Positions 21,058-30,851 of a DNA stretch of 64,000 nucleotides are shown here, piece by piece; position 1 is the first letter of the stretch; each line of letters starts with the position of its first letter. The position numbers and the translations under genes are program-made. The notes under the pieces were generated by a model. That model saw only the letters and a list, made by a program, of their open reading frames with translations. It had not been told where the DNA came from and made no database searches. The stretch is from Syntrophales bacterium (GTDB lineage Bacteria > Desulfobacterota > Syntrophia > Syntrophales > UBA2210): NCBI GenBank assembly GCA_963666365.2, contig CAXXNF010000002.1, forward strand, positions 1,408,001 through 1,472,000, read 5' to 3'.

Positions 21058-23145
21058 CTAAAAGTTTTCAAAACTGCCCTCATGCAATGGAATTACCTTT
21101 TCGGGATCGATTTTACCCATGCGTGCATCCATTATTTTTCCATTTCCCCTGCCGTTTCCGCGACGGCTTGCGACGCCGGGTGCGGGAATTGCTTCATTCA
21201 GCCCGCCGCCGTTTTGGCCTGCATGCTGTTCAGAGTAAATGGCATGCTGTTTCTGAAGCTTCTCTTTGCCGGCGCCGCCGACCATGGCGATCATCGCACG
21301 AACGATGTCCTGCATACCCATAGCCTGTGCACTCATTTCTTCCGAAGCCGCGGCACTTTCCTCGGCATTCGCCGCGTTCTGCTGGGTTACCTTGTCCATT
21401 TCCGCCACGGCGCGGTTGATCTGTTCGATTCCCTGCGACTGCTCCTGCGACGCCGCGGCAATCTCGCCGATCAGATCACGGATCTTGCCCGCGATCTCTG
21501 CATTCTTCTCGAAGGCCTCGTTCGTTTCACCGTTGAGCTTTGCCCCTTCCTGAACCGACTTTACCGTGTTGCCGATCAGATCATTCGTGTTTTTCGCCGC
21601 CTCGGCCGACCGAATGGCCAGATTCCGCACCTCTTCAGCCACTACGGCAAACCCGGCGCCCGCTTCTCCCGCCCTGGCCGCCTCTACGGCCGCATTGAGC
21701 GCAAGGAGGTTGGTCTGGAAGGCAATCTCGTCGATGGTCTTGATAATCTTCTGGGTCTCACCGGAATTACGATCGATCTCGGTGATGGCCACGGTCATCT
21801 GCTCCAGCTTTCCGCTCACCTCCGTCACGATATCGGCGGCCTGCTGCATCAACCCGTTGGCCTGCTGGGCGTTGTCGGCATTCTGTTTCGTCATCGAGGC
21901 AAGCTCTTCCAGGGACGATGAGGTCTCCTCGATCGACGAGGCCTGTTCCCCGGCGCCTTCGGCCAGCTGCTGACTTGAGTTCGACACCTGACCGGATGCG
22001 CCGGTCACCTCGTCCGCGGTGACGCTCAATGATTCAATAATTCGGTAAATAGGCCTGGTCAGTGAGTTGGACACCAGCATTGCGATAGGGATGACCACCA
22101 GCACGCAAATTAAGCAGACCAGCGCCAGTATCTTGATCACTTGCCATGTATTTGCCCACGCCACCGCTTCAGAGTACAAAGCCGAAATTTGACCGATCTC
22201 TGTCGATCCGTCATAGAGGGGAAGCACAGCCTGAAAATAGCCGCCGCTTTTTAATCCTATGCGATTCAACGTATACTGATTTGCTTTCGCTCCGCCCCCC
22301 TCCTGTGCGGCAACGGCGGTTCCTTTCTGAAGATTGATCGACTGGTACTCTCCAACGGTACCCGTGCTCAGGCCGTCTTTGGAAAAGATATTTATTCCTG
22401 TTCCCGTAAGCCCCGCCATCTTTTGCGCAAAGGCCTCGTCGAGTTTGCGAATTGCGACCACCACACCGAATTGCTTTTTTTCAAGTTCACTGGTCTGCTT
22501 GTTGTAGTCGTCCGCCATAATCGGGGCATATGCCGTGACACAGAGAGCATCGCCGTAACGCTTGAAGATCACGTCAGCTTTCCCGGGAAGAGCCTGCGGA
22601 AACTGCACCGCCAGCCCGATGTCGCCGACACCCTTTGACTGCTGCCATTTGACCTCCGTCGCCTGCACTCCCTTTTCCGATTGCATGCTGTAGACGGAAT
22701 CCTTCGTACAATATCCCCGTGTGTAGACGCCCTTCTCCCCTTCAGCGACAAAGGCGACCAACGTGCCTTCCATGCTGTAGATAGCCATTTTCCAGAGGTC
22801 GCTGGTTACGCCGACCTGATAGAGAGAGGCCACCATCTGCTCATAGGTACTGCCCAGCATGCTGTCCGAACCGGAAGCGTCATCCTTCATCTCATACACG
22901 AATTTGAGCGAAGACCCCATGTCATTCATCGTCGATGCCTGCGACGCGTCGGCAGCAAGTTTACCCTTTTTTTCCCCAAGATCGCTGGCAACCACGTTGA
23001 GTGATTTTGTCACTAGATCAAAAGACTGCGCGCCATTCTGACGGTTGATCAGATACGAGACTACCAGGGTGGTCGCCACCATCACAACGATTACAAGTGT
23101 GAGGGATCCCAGTATCAGTTTATTCTTGAGTGTCATTTTTTTCAT
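21058..23145 (-). CDS. Methyl-accepting chemotaxis protein with C-terminal pentapeptide
   Basis: Two TMs; [21 protein letters not shown] hairpin tip; ends in SFENF (xFxxF CheR tether). Confidence 0.96.
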   Translation of the reverse strand: MKKMTLKNKLILGSLTLVIVVMVATTLVVSYLINRQNGAQSFDLVTKSLNVVASDLGEKKGKLAADASQASTMNDMGSSLKFVYEMKDDASGSDSMLGSTYEQMVASLYQVGVTSDLWKMAIYSMEGTLVAFVAEGEKGVYTRGYCTKDSVYSMQSEKGVQATEVKWQQSKGVGDIGLAVQFPQALPGKADVIFKRYGDALCVTAYAPIMADDYNKQTSELEKKQFGVVVAIRKLDEAFAQKMAGLTGTGINIFSKDGLSTGTVGEYQSINLQKGTAVAAQEGGGAKANQYTLNRIGLKSGGYFQAVLPLYDGSTEIGQISALYSEAVAWANTWQVIKILALVCLICVLVVIPIAMLVSNSLTRPIYRIIESLSVTADEVTGASGQVSNSSQQLAEGAGEQASSIEETSSSLEELASMTKQNADNAQQANGLMQQAADIVTEVSGKLEQMTVAITEIDRNSGETQKIIKTIDEIAFQTNLLALNAAVEAARAGEAGAGFAVVAEEVRNLAIRSAEAAKNTNDLIGNTVKSVQEGAKLNGETNEAFEKNAEIAGKIRDLIGEIAAASQEQSQGIEQINRAVAEMDKVTQQNAANAEESAAASEEMSAQAMGMQDIVRAMIAMVGGAGKEKLQKQHAIYSEQHAGQNGGGLNEAIPAPGVASRRGNGRGNGKIMDARMGKIDPEKVIPLHEGSFENF

Positions 23146-23171
23146 GCCGCTGCTATCCTTTCTTTTCTCAT

Positions 23172-23690
23172 CTACTGCATTACGGAGCTTATGGCCGCCA
23201 CTTCCTCTGCGCCGAGCACCTTGTCAATATCAAGAAGGATTTTGACATCCCCTTTTACCTTTGCCATGCCGAGGATGAAGCCCGTGTTGAGATCCACACT
23301 GAAGGTAGGGGTATCCTCGATGTCTTCCTGACGGATGTTAAGCACTTCTGAAACGGAATCGACCACAATCCCCATGACAATGCTTCGTCCGTAATGATCG
23401 GCGATATCGATCACGATAATACAGGTGCGCTCGTCATAGTCATGGGTGTCCATACCGAATTTAAGCCGCAGATCGATAACCGGGATCACCTTTCCCCTCA
23501 GATTGATTACGCCCTTTACATAGTGAGGGGTTTGCGGTACCGAGGTGATGTTCATAATGCCGATGATTTCCTTCACCTTGAGAATCTCCACCCCGTATTC
23601 TTCACCACCCAGTTCAAAGGTGAGAAACTTCCCTTCCTTTACTCCTTTGCGTTTCACTTCTTCTTTCTGGTCCGTCATATTGGTCTGCAT
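23172..23690 (-). CDS. cheW: CheW adaptor
   Basis: [16 protein letters not shown] and [10 protein letters not shown] motifs; ATG 23690 follows a purine-rich AAGGAGGAAAAGGA tract. Confidence 0.95.
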   Translation of the reverse strand: MQTNMTDQKEEVKRKGVKEGKFLTFELGGEEYGVEILKVKEIIGIMNITSVPQTPHYVKGVINLRGKVIPVIDLRLKFGMDTHDYDERTCIIVIDIADHYGRSIVMGIVVDSVSEVLNIRQEDIEDTPTFSVDLNTGFILGMAKVKGDVKILLDIDKVLGAEEVAAISSVMQ

Positions 23691-23839
23691 GTCCTTTTCC
23701 TCCTTCAATATTACTTCTTGTCGTGTATCGGGGAGCTGCGCATTGTACTTACTTCCCACTTATTCAACCGCCTCTCTTCAATAAAAAGGCGCCGCTTCTG
23801 TTTTCACCGGCATCGGCGAACAGACATCCCATTCATGCA

Positions 23840-24469
23840 TTAGAGGGCAAGCGCTTTTTTTATGACCCCGGAAAAAACTTTAAAATCTATAGGTTTTACC
23901 ATAAATTCCACTGGGTTTATTCGCCGGATCCTTTCAGCACTGCCATTGCCCGGATAGCCGGAAAGAAAGACTATTTTCACATCTTCAAAGATGAGACGAA
24001 CTTTCTCGGCCAGTTCTATCCCATCGAGATGATCCATAATTACATCGAGCACCAGTAAATCCGGCTTCCTCCCGCCGATGACCAGCGCCGCTTCCACACT
24101 GTCGGAAAATGTCATGAGCCTGCAGTGCTTCGCCAGATCGCCCTGGGCAAATAATTCCCGGATACAGTCAAGAATTGCCTCATCGTCATCAACGGCAACG
24201 ACCAGTTTTTTCCCGGTTTTATCCTCTTCCGAAGATCGGACCGATGCATCGAAACAATTGTTCTCCTCACCTCCGCAGAGCTCGTCGAGCACGTCGCCCG
24301 AAAGTCCGAAATCATGAAGCAGGCGCCCCACTTCAGAGGTACGAATTTTTATGTGTTTTCCTATGCCGTATGCGCTGATTTTGCCGTCTTTCACCCATCG
24401 ATACACCGTTACTCGATTGACTTTCAGAAGATCGGCAACCTCGGTTGTGGAATAAAATGTTTTGGCCAC
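23840..24469 (-). CDS. Excisionase-type HTH (HTH_17) fused to a receiver domain
   Basis: YSTTEVADLLKVNRVTVYRWVKDGKI N-terminus; VDDD, LDV, SG and KP receiver motifs. Confidence 0.85.
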   Translation of the reverse strand: MAKTFYSTTEVADLLKVNRVTVYRWVKDGKISAYGIGKHIKIRTSEVGRLLHDFGLSGDVLDELCGGEENNCFDASVRSSEEDKTGKKLVVAVDDDEAILDCIRELFAQGDLAKHCRLMTFSDSVEAALVIGGRKPDLLVLDVIMDHLDGIELAEKVRLIFEDVKIVFLSGYPGNGSAERIRRINPVEFMVKPIDFKVFSGVIKKALAL

Positions 24470-24545
24470 TCCCGTACTCCCTCAACAACATTTGAACCGT
24501 TTGAACGTCCTGCAACGATTTAATCCTATGCAACCTGTGAACCTA

Positions 24546-24572
24546 TGATCGGAATCGACGAAAAAAACTTGA
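24546..24572 (-). promoter_or_regulatory. Putative sigma28 promoter of the chemotaxis operon
   Basis: Minus strand TCAA-N15-TCCGATCA. Confidence 0.6.
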
Positions 24573-24654
24573 GTCTTTTTTATCAGACCTTAAAAAATCC
24601 CTGCACTCATCGAGCCTGGAGAAACAGAGCCGCCCCCTTCAAAAACGGTTCCTC

Positions 24655-24670
24655 TGGTACGGGATTTGCT
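24655..24670 (+). promoter_or_regulatory. Putative sigma54 promoter
   Basis: TGGTAC-N5-TTGCT, upstream of 24748. Confidence 0.7.
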
Positions 24671-24747
24671 CAGATGATTGTGTCCGGGTTTTTGCAGGGG
24701 ATGGAAGGATTGTCTTTTATCATCATTGAAGTGCAAAGGAGTGGCCC

Positions 24748-25659
24748 ATGAAAAAAGTAGCCGTTATGGGATCTCATGACGAAAGAACCTCTTCGCTTAT
24801 TCGAATTTTCCGCTCCCGGCATATGCTCGCCGCAGTCTGCCGTAAGAATCCTTCTGAAGCCGGAGACGGAATCGATCTTCACAATGTCGCCGAAAGCGCC
24901 CTTCAGGATGTCCTGCAAGATCCCGAGATCGATGCGCTGGTTGCCTCGGCGACGAGCGATACCGGGATCGAACTGGCACTACGCTGTCTCACTGAGGGCA
25001 AACACCTGATGATGGACCGCGCCTTCGCGCCGGACGGCGAGGGCATCAGGGAGATTGAAGGGCTTGCATCCACCCATCGTCTGGTCTTGATGGCAGGTTC
25101 GCCGCGTCTGTTCCATCCCTCGATCTCGCGGATCAAAACTCTTATCGACTCGAAGGAATTGGGAACCGTCACAGGGATGTCTTCGATCCATCTCAGCCGC
25201 AGGCACAGGACAGACACCCTTCTGAGACGCGCTGAGGAGGAAGTGGAAATCGCGACGCATCTGATGGGTTCGAACCCACTGTCACTCTTGACGCACATAC
25301 AGGAAGCCCCTTCATGCGATGAAACCGCAATAGTGGAAACAAGGGCGCTCTTCAAGTCCGGCCTGGTGCATAAATGCATTGTCTCAGGAACCCTCAATTC
25401 CGACGAGGGGTATCGCCTTATTGTCACAGGCGACAAAAAAATGGCGGTCCTCGACTGGCAGGCACAGAGAGAACGTCTCGTAATCGGCCAAGCGCTGCGG
25501 GAAAGCGCCGCACTGGAACAGACCCCCTGGACGCCGGTGGACGACGCCTTGATGCTCGAATCCATGTGCCGGTTCTTTATTGATCAGATGGAAAAGGCTG
25601 CCATATCCGATTACCGCACTATTTCCCCTGTTTCCGCACTGAAGGCGGCGTCGGCGTAA
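24748..25659 (+). CDS. Degenerate Gfo/Idh/MocA oxidoreductase-like protein
   Basis: L.DPEIDA, GKH, FHP.I..IK.LIDS.ELG match the family; GxGxxG and EKP are missing. Confidence 0.65.
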   Translation: MKKVAVMGSHDERTSSLIRIFRSRHMLAAVCRKNPSEAGDGIDLHNVAESALQDVLQDPEIDALVASATSDTGIELALRCLTEGKHLMMDRAFAPDGEGIREIEGLASTHRLVLMAGSPRLFHPSISRIKTLIDSKELGTVTGMSSIHLSRRHRTDTLLRRAEEEVEIATHLMGSNPLSLLTHIQEAPSCDETAIVETRALFKSGLVHKCIVSGTLNSDEGYRLIVTGDKKMAVLDWQAQRERLVIGQALRESAALEQTPWTPVDDALMLESMCRFFIDQMEKAAISDYRTISPVSALKAASA

Positions 25660-25660
25660 G

Positions 25661-26701
25661 ATGAAAATGAAAAACACCACAGCGACGCCATCCCACCACG
25701 GGACAGTCCGGAATCTCCCGGAACCTATGAAAAGAGTTGATGTACGCACTTTTAAAGACTGCAGTTTCGGACGCAACATATGCATACGGGCCTGTCGCAT
25801 CTCCCTCTGTGCGGGTGTTCGTATCGGCGACAATGTGACGATAGAGGCGGAAGAAATACGGATCGGCCATGATGTAGTCATAGAGAAGGATACCGTTATC
25901 AGAGGCATAGCGTCCCCCATGTCCTGCTTGCGGCTCGGCGATAACGCCTTTATCGGCTTCGCCAACCAGATACTGGTTCCCTCTTTTACAATGCTCGATT
26001 TTTCTCAACTTCACAACAGCGGGCTTCACAGCGGGTATAAACGGCTTTTTATCGGTCACAATTGCTGGATAGGCCAGCAGACGATTCTCAACGCCACGGA
26101 AGAGTTGACCATTGGAAACAACGTCCGCATCGGCACACAATCTCAATTGTGGACCCATGTGGCAAGCGGCGAGTTACTGGAAGGATGCACTCTCTTCGGC
26201 AGCAAACCTCTTGTGATAGAGGATAACGTCTGGATCGTGGGCGGCGCGGTAATATCGCCTGGACTTACCCTCGGGAGAAATTCCATCATCATGACAGGCG
26301 CCGTGGTGACGCGCGATACGGGGCCCTATCACACCTACGCGGGCATCCCCGCCGTAAATGTCACCGAGAAACTCAATTTCTGGAGAAAAATATCGCTGGA
26401 GGAAAAATTTTCCCTACTGAAAGGAATGGCCGATGAATTCATCGCGCACTACCCTCAGTATCGCCATCTCGTGCATGTCGTTGAAACTTCCCCCGATGCA
26501 GCCCGGGGTGATTACCGTGAAGGAAGCATTGTTCTGGCAAAGGACGTTGAAGACCTGTCGATATGTGAAGGACGCCCTTTCTCCGTCTTTGATTTGCGTT
26601 CGAAACGATATACAAAAAAACGGTCTCCCGTCGAGATTGACTGGATAAAGTTTACCGTCGGATACCGGGCGCGCTTCATCCCCTACGAAGCCCCGTCATA
26701 G
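25661..26701 (+). CDS. Left-handed beta-helix (hexapeptide) acyltransferase
   Basis: Repeated IG.N motifs; LWTH; VIEDNVWI.GGAVISPG and GAVVTRD. Confidence 0.85.
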   Translation: MKMKNTTATPSHHGTVRNLPEPMKRVDVRTFKDCSFGRNICIRACRISLCAGVRIGDNVTIEAEEIRIGHDVVIEKDTVIRGIASPMSCLRLGDNAFIGFANQILVPSFTMLDFSQLHNSGLHSGYKRLFIGHNCWIGQQTILNATEELTIGNNVRIGTQSQLWTHVASGELLEGCTLFGSKPLVIEDNVWIVGGAVISPGLTLGRNSIIMTGAVVTRDTGPYHTYAGIPAVNVTEKLNFWRKISLEEKFSLLKGMADEFIAHYPQYRHLVHVVETSPDAARGDYREGSIVLAKDVEDLSICEGRPFSVFDLRSKRYTKKRSPVEIDWIKFTVGYRARFIPYEAPS

Positions 26702-27952
26702 GGCGCCGCACTCACTGCCCGCACGATTCAGCAGTGTGACGACCCGTTCCTGTACAGTGGCTTCCATGCCGCAATAGAGCGGAAGAGTGATGGAAAGTCT
26801 ATCGGCGATATAGGAAAAGGGATAATCGTAATCGGCAAGACCATATTTTTTTTTGTAATAGTCCAGCGTATGGACGGCGTGGGTACCCTGCCGCACCGCA
26901 ATGCCCTCTCCTTCGAGATAGGCCATGAGACGATTCCGCGCGCTGTTCCACCGTGCAACCGAGGACCGGTCGAGTGTCCGTCCGTCCTTCGACGTCAAGT
27001 CCTGTCCCTGATAGAGGCACACATAGGACTGATAGGCATGGGTGCAGCCCACAGGCACGAAAGGAGGCGTTATAGACTCGCTGGAAACGAGCAGCTCATT
27101 ATACCGGCGGGCGGCCCTCCGACGGGCCCCTAAAATTGTCTTTGCTTTTTTCATCTGCGTGACGCCAAGGGCCCCCTGAAGATCGGTCATCCGGTAGTTG
27201 TACCCGAGCATGGCAAACTCGGGGAGGAGCGAACCGCCCTGCGCCAGGTGCCGGGCCAGGTCGGTCTTCGAAGCGCCATGGTCTCTCAGTGTTCGCACAC
27301 GATCGGCAATCGCGTCATTATCGGTCACGACCATGCCCCCCTCGCCGGTGGTGATTGATTTGCGGGGATGAAAACTGAAACAGCCGGCCAGCGCCCCGGC
27401 GCCGGCAAAGCGACCGTTTCTTTTCGCGCCGAAGCCGCAGGCGGCATCTTCAATGACGGACAGATCATAGCGGTCGGCAATATCGTGAATGGCGTCCATA
27501 TCGGCGCAAAGGCCGAAGAGGGACACGGGAATAATCGCTCTGGGGCGAAGCGTCGCCGATTTCTTTCTCAGACATTCTTCTATCCTGAAGGGATCGATGG
27601 TATAGGTGGCGGGATCGATATCGATGAACAGGGGGACAGCGCCGGTATATTCAACGGCATTGGCCGTTGCGATGAAGGTAAAGGAGGGAAGCAGCACCCC
27701 GTCTCCCGGCCCCACACCGGCCGCCAGCAGCGCCAGATGAAGGGCCGTCGTACAGGAACTCGTGGCGACGGCGTGGCGTACACCGATAAATGTCTTGAAT
27801 ACTTCTTCAAATTCGGCTACGCGAGGTCCCTGGACCAGCCAGCCCGATCTCAGGACATTTACCACCGCCGCTTCTTCCTCTTGATCAAATACCGGCTTTG
27901 TGATGGGAATCCGTCCTGCAGGCGCGTCCTCAGTCTTGAAAATCGTTTTCAT
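26696..27952 (-). CDS. DegT/DnrJ/EryC1 sugar aminotransferase
   Basis: SCTTALHLAL, IEDAAC, FSFHPRKSITTGEGG (PLP lysine), GYNYRM; start moved to MKTIFK. Confidence 0.93.
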   Translation of the reverse strand: MKTIFKTEDAPAGRIPITKPVFDQEEEAAVVNVLRSGWLVQGPRVAEFEEVFKTFIGVRHAVATSSCTTALHLALLAAGVGPGDGVLLPSFTFIATANAVEYTGAVPLFIDIDPATYTIDPFRIEECLRKKSATLRPRAIIPVSLFGLCADMDAIHDIADRYDLSVIEDAACGFGAKRNGRFAGAGALAGCFSFHPRKSITTGEGGMVVTDNDAIADRVRTLRDHGASKTDLARHLAQGGSLLPEFAMLGYNYRMTDLQGALGVTQMKKAKTILGARRRAARRYNELLVSSESITPPFVPVGCTHAYQSYVCLYQGQDLTSKDGRTLDRSSVARWNSARNRLMAYLEGEGIAVRQGTHAVHTLDYYKKKYGLADYDYPFSYIADRLSITLPLYCGMEATVQERVVTLLNRAGSECGAL

Positions 27953-28901
27953 AGAGCGCTCCAATAAATTGATCTTTTCGCCAATAGGCCTCCCAATGAT
28001 CGCACCCCCTGCAGAGATCCTCCATCTCCCCCATCCCCATCTGCGCCCTCCGTTGAAGCTCGTATGTTTCGCTCCGCCAGATCTCCTGAATCGAACGGTC
28101 GTGCACACTCCCCAGCGGCGCCGTTCTATTCCAGTCGTGGTTGCAGAGGGCGACTTCGCCATTCCAGTACACCACCAGTTCATTGAAGGGCTTCAGACAG
28201 GGTTTTCTCGACTTGGATGGCCCTTCTTCTCCCGCATCCTCAAGTGAACCGAAATGCCCGTCCCGGGAGTGCTCCCTGTATACCCGAACACGATCGACCT
28301 TTCCCGACCAGAAGCGGATGAACTCTTCCACGCCTTCCGCGGTATCGTCCGTTTCCACTACCGATACCTGTATCTGCGGTTTTTTCGCGTTCCTCTCCTG
28401 CTTCATCGTGCAGAGATATTCGACATTCCTCAGAACATCTCCAAGATCGGCGTTCCTGCGCACACTCCCGTATATGTCGGGATCGACGGAATCAATACTG
28501 AAGGACACAAAATCAACTTCCAGATTGACAAAGGCATCGGCGATGACAGGATCCATCATTGTGGCATTGGTGGCGAGCTGCACCGACCCGACGCGGGGGG
28601 TTGCATAGGCAAGCATTGTAAGAAACTCGGGATGCAGCAATGCCTCACCCCGGAAAAAAGGCACCAGCACGGTACCGGGATGCGCTGCCATCTCATCGAT
28701 GATTCGGGTAAAAAGGGGAACCGCCATAAATCCTTTGGGACCTGACATGTAGCGTCTCGGACACATGCTGCAGTTCAGGTTGCAGTGGTTGGTCAGCTCC
28801 ACAGTGACACGGCGAGGAAACGCGGGAACTGTTGGAACATAAGGAAAATCTTCCGGAGCATGCAGCCCCGATTGAGATAGAGGAGTTGATCCGTTATACA
28901 T
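27930..28901 (-). CDS. Radical SAM protein with SPASM/twitch domain
   Basis: CNLNCSMC; GE.LLHP; C-terminal PC..PF...NGEVALC...CRGC. Confidence 0.9.
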   Translation of the reverse strand: MYNGSTPLSQSGLHAPEDFPYVPTVPAFPRRVTVELTNHCNLNCSMCPRRYMSGPKGFMAVPLFTRIIDEMAAHPGTVLVPFFRGEALLHPEFLTMLAYATPRVGSVQLATNATMMDPVIADAFVNLEVDFVSFSIDSVDPDIYGSVRRNADLGDVLRNVEYLCTMKQERNAKKPQIQVSVVETDDTAEGVEEFIRFWSGKVDRVRVYREHSRDGHFGSLEDAGEEGPSKSRKPCLKPFNELVVYWNGEVALCNHDWNRTAPLGSVHDRSIQEIWRSETYELQRRAQMGMGEMEDLCRGCDHWEAYWRKDQFIGALYENDFQD

Positions 28902-30840
28902 GCCGTTCACCATCGATGAAGATTCTGTTCCACCACTCGAAGGAGAGAAGCGACCAGATCAGCAGGCGATGATTGGCCTTTCCCCGCGTATGCTGGTCAA
29001 GAACAGTCTCAAGAAAATTTTTTCTGAAATATCCCCGGTCAAGCGCCCTGTCCGAAAGGATAATCGACCGGATGTAGTCAACGAGCTGCTGCATATACCA
29101 TGACTGATCGGGAGCACTGAATCCCTGCTTGCGGTTTTTTATGATCTCATCGGGAAGCACGCCTTCCATGGATCGGCGGAGCACATACTTGCCTGACAGA
29201 TTGATATCGTCGCCGGCGCCGGAAATCCAGGATCTGTCGATGAGATATTTCACCGGGATCTTTGAAGTGAAATCCACCAGTTCATTGTCAAGAAAGGGCA
29301 CCCTCGATTCCAGGGAATGGGCCATGCTCAGCTTGTCTTCAATGACCAGAATGCCGTGAAGAAAGGTCTTGGCATCGAAGTACAGCGCCTTTTTCAGGAA
29401 GTTGTTGTTTCCGTCGCGCTGAATGACCCGCTGCAGCGACTGGAACGAGGAATAGTCCCCCAACTCTCCGTGCACATCGGCGCTGAAAAAATCCCTCTTA
29501 TCCTCATCGGCAACAAGACGGGACCAATACCGGTACGATATTTTTTCAAACTCGTCGCAGCTCCGGCACTCTTCGATCATACGGTACCGCCAGGGATAGC
29601 CTCCCAGGGTTTCATCGCCGCCAGGTCCCGCCAGCACCACCTTGACGAACTTGCTTGCAAGCTGCGACAGGTAGTAGTGGGGGTAGGACATGCCGACCCG
29701 AAGGTCTTCCATGTGCCATATGACCCGGGGCATCGCCCACTGGAGGTCTCCCGCATGAATGACCATCTGGTAGTGTTCCGTCCCGAAGTGACTGGAAAGG
29801 AGCTCCGCTTTGTCCCGTTCATCAAAGAAGTTTTCCAGGCTCACCGCCGTGGCCACATCGAAGCCGCCCGTGAAGGTCATGAGGCGGGGGATGAACTTCG
29901 AGGCAAAGGCGGCAATGGTGCTGGAATCGAGACCACCCGAAAGGTAGCTGCCCACGGGGACATCCGACACGAGCTGCCGTTCCACGGTCCGTTCCAGCAG
30001 CTCCCTGAGCGTATGCACGTAATGGGCTTCGCCCCTGTCCTCTGAATCCTCAAAGGAAAAATCCCAATACTGTTCCTTTCTGACAGTACTGCCCTCTACC
30101 ACGATATAATACCCGGGCTCCAGCATGGCGATGTCTTTAAAGAGGGTCCGATCCCCGAAGGTGTTTTGAAAAGTGAAATAATCGCACAGGGCATGCAGAT
30201 CCAGCGATGCATTGATCCCTTCGACCTGCAGCAATGCCTTCACTTCCGAAGCAAATGCAAGGACTTCGTTTCGAACGGTATAATAAAGGGGCTTTGCCCC
30301 ATAACGGTCACGTCCAAGAATCAGCTTGTTTTTTTTCCCGTCCCAGAGGGCAAAGGCAAAAATACCGTTCAGGCGTTCCACCGCCTTTTCACCATACTCT
30401 TCATAGAGGTGAATAATGACTTCCGTATCGGACTGCGAAAAGAAATAGTGTCCCTTCTCCTGCAATTCGCGGCGAAGTTCCCTGAAATTGTAAATCTCCC
30501 CGTTGTAGGTAATCCACCGTCCGTTGGTCCGGTTCGACATGGGCTGGTGGGCGTAGGAGGTGAGGTCGATGACGGATAGACGGCGATGCCCCAGGGCAAG
30601 ATTGAAATGGCCGTTCCCGTTAAAATGCTCGCGCCAGGCTGCCCGGTCGGGGATGTCGTGCATGTCCTTCCCCCTCTCCACCCAGTATCCTTCATCCTCA
30701 TAGGGCGCATTCCGCACATGAAAGTAGACATACCCTTCATCATCGGGTCCCCTGTGCCCCATGACATCGCACATTTTTTTCAGGCAATGGGCGGGGACCT
30801 CTCTGCGCATCATGTGATATAAGCCTGCGATTCCGCACAT
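28894..30840 (-). CDS. asnB: Asparagine synthase-like glutamine amidotransferase (WbpS-like)
   Basis: N-terminal MCGI; HRGPD, NGEIYN, LSGGLDSS and ESRVPFLD motifs. Confidence 0.93.
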   Translation of the reverse strand: MCGIAGLYHMMRREVPAHCLKKMCDVMGHRGPDDEGYVYFHVRNAPYEDEGYWVERGKDMHDIPDRAAWREHFNGNGHFNLALGHRRLSVIDLTSYAHQPMSNRTNGRWITYNGEIYNFRELRRELQEKGHYFFSQSDTEVIIHLYEEYGEKAVERLNGIFAFALWDGKKNKLILGRDRYGAKPLYYTVRNEVLAFASEVKALLQVEGINASLDLHALCDYFTFQNTFGDRTLFKDIAMLEPGYYIVVEGSTVRKEQYWDFSFEDSEDRGEAHYVHTLRELLERTVERQLVSDVPVGSYLSGGLDSSTIAAFASKFIPRLMTFTGGFDVATAVSLENFFDERDKAELLSSHFGTEHYQMVIHAGDLQWAMPRVIWHMEDLRVGMSYPHYYLSQLASKFVKVVLAGPGGDETLGGYPWRYRMIEECRSCDEFEKISYRYWSRLVADEDKRDFFSADVHGELGDYSSFQSLQRVIQRDGNNNFLKKALYFDAKTFLHGILVIEDKLSMAHSLESRVPFLDNELVDFTSKIPVKYLIDRSWISGAGDDINLSGKYVLRRSMEGVLPDEIIKNRKQGFSAPDQSWYMQQLVDYIRSIILSDRALDRGYFRKNFLETVLDQHTRGKANHRLLIWSLLSFEWWNRIFIDGERHV

Positions 30841-30851
30841 CTAAAGATTCC

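Noticed and set aside
23840..24469. Prophage or ICE excisionase
   Set aside because: Fused to a receiver domain inside a chemotaxis locus, with no integrase or att site nearby.
27953..28183. 77-aa N-terminal extension of the aminotransferase
   Set aside because: It overlaps the radical SAM gene in another frame and has no DegT-like features.
27930..28901. RiPP maturase role for the radical SAM/SPASM protein
   Set aside because: No precursor peptide or RRE domain is evident, and the context is sugar biosynthesis.
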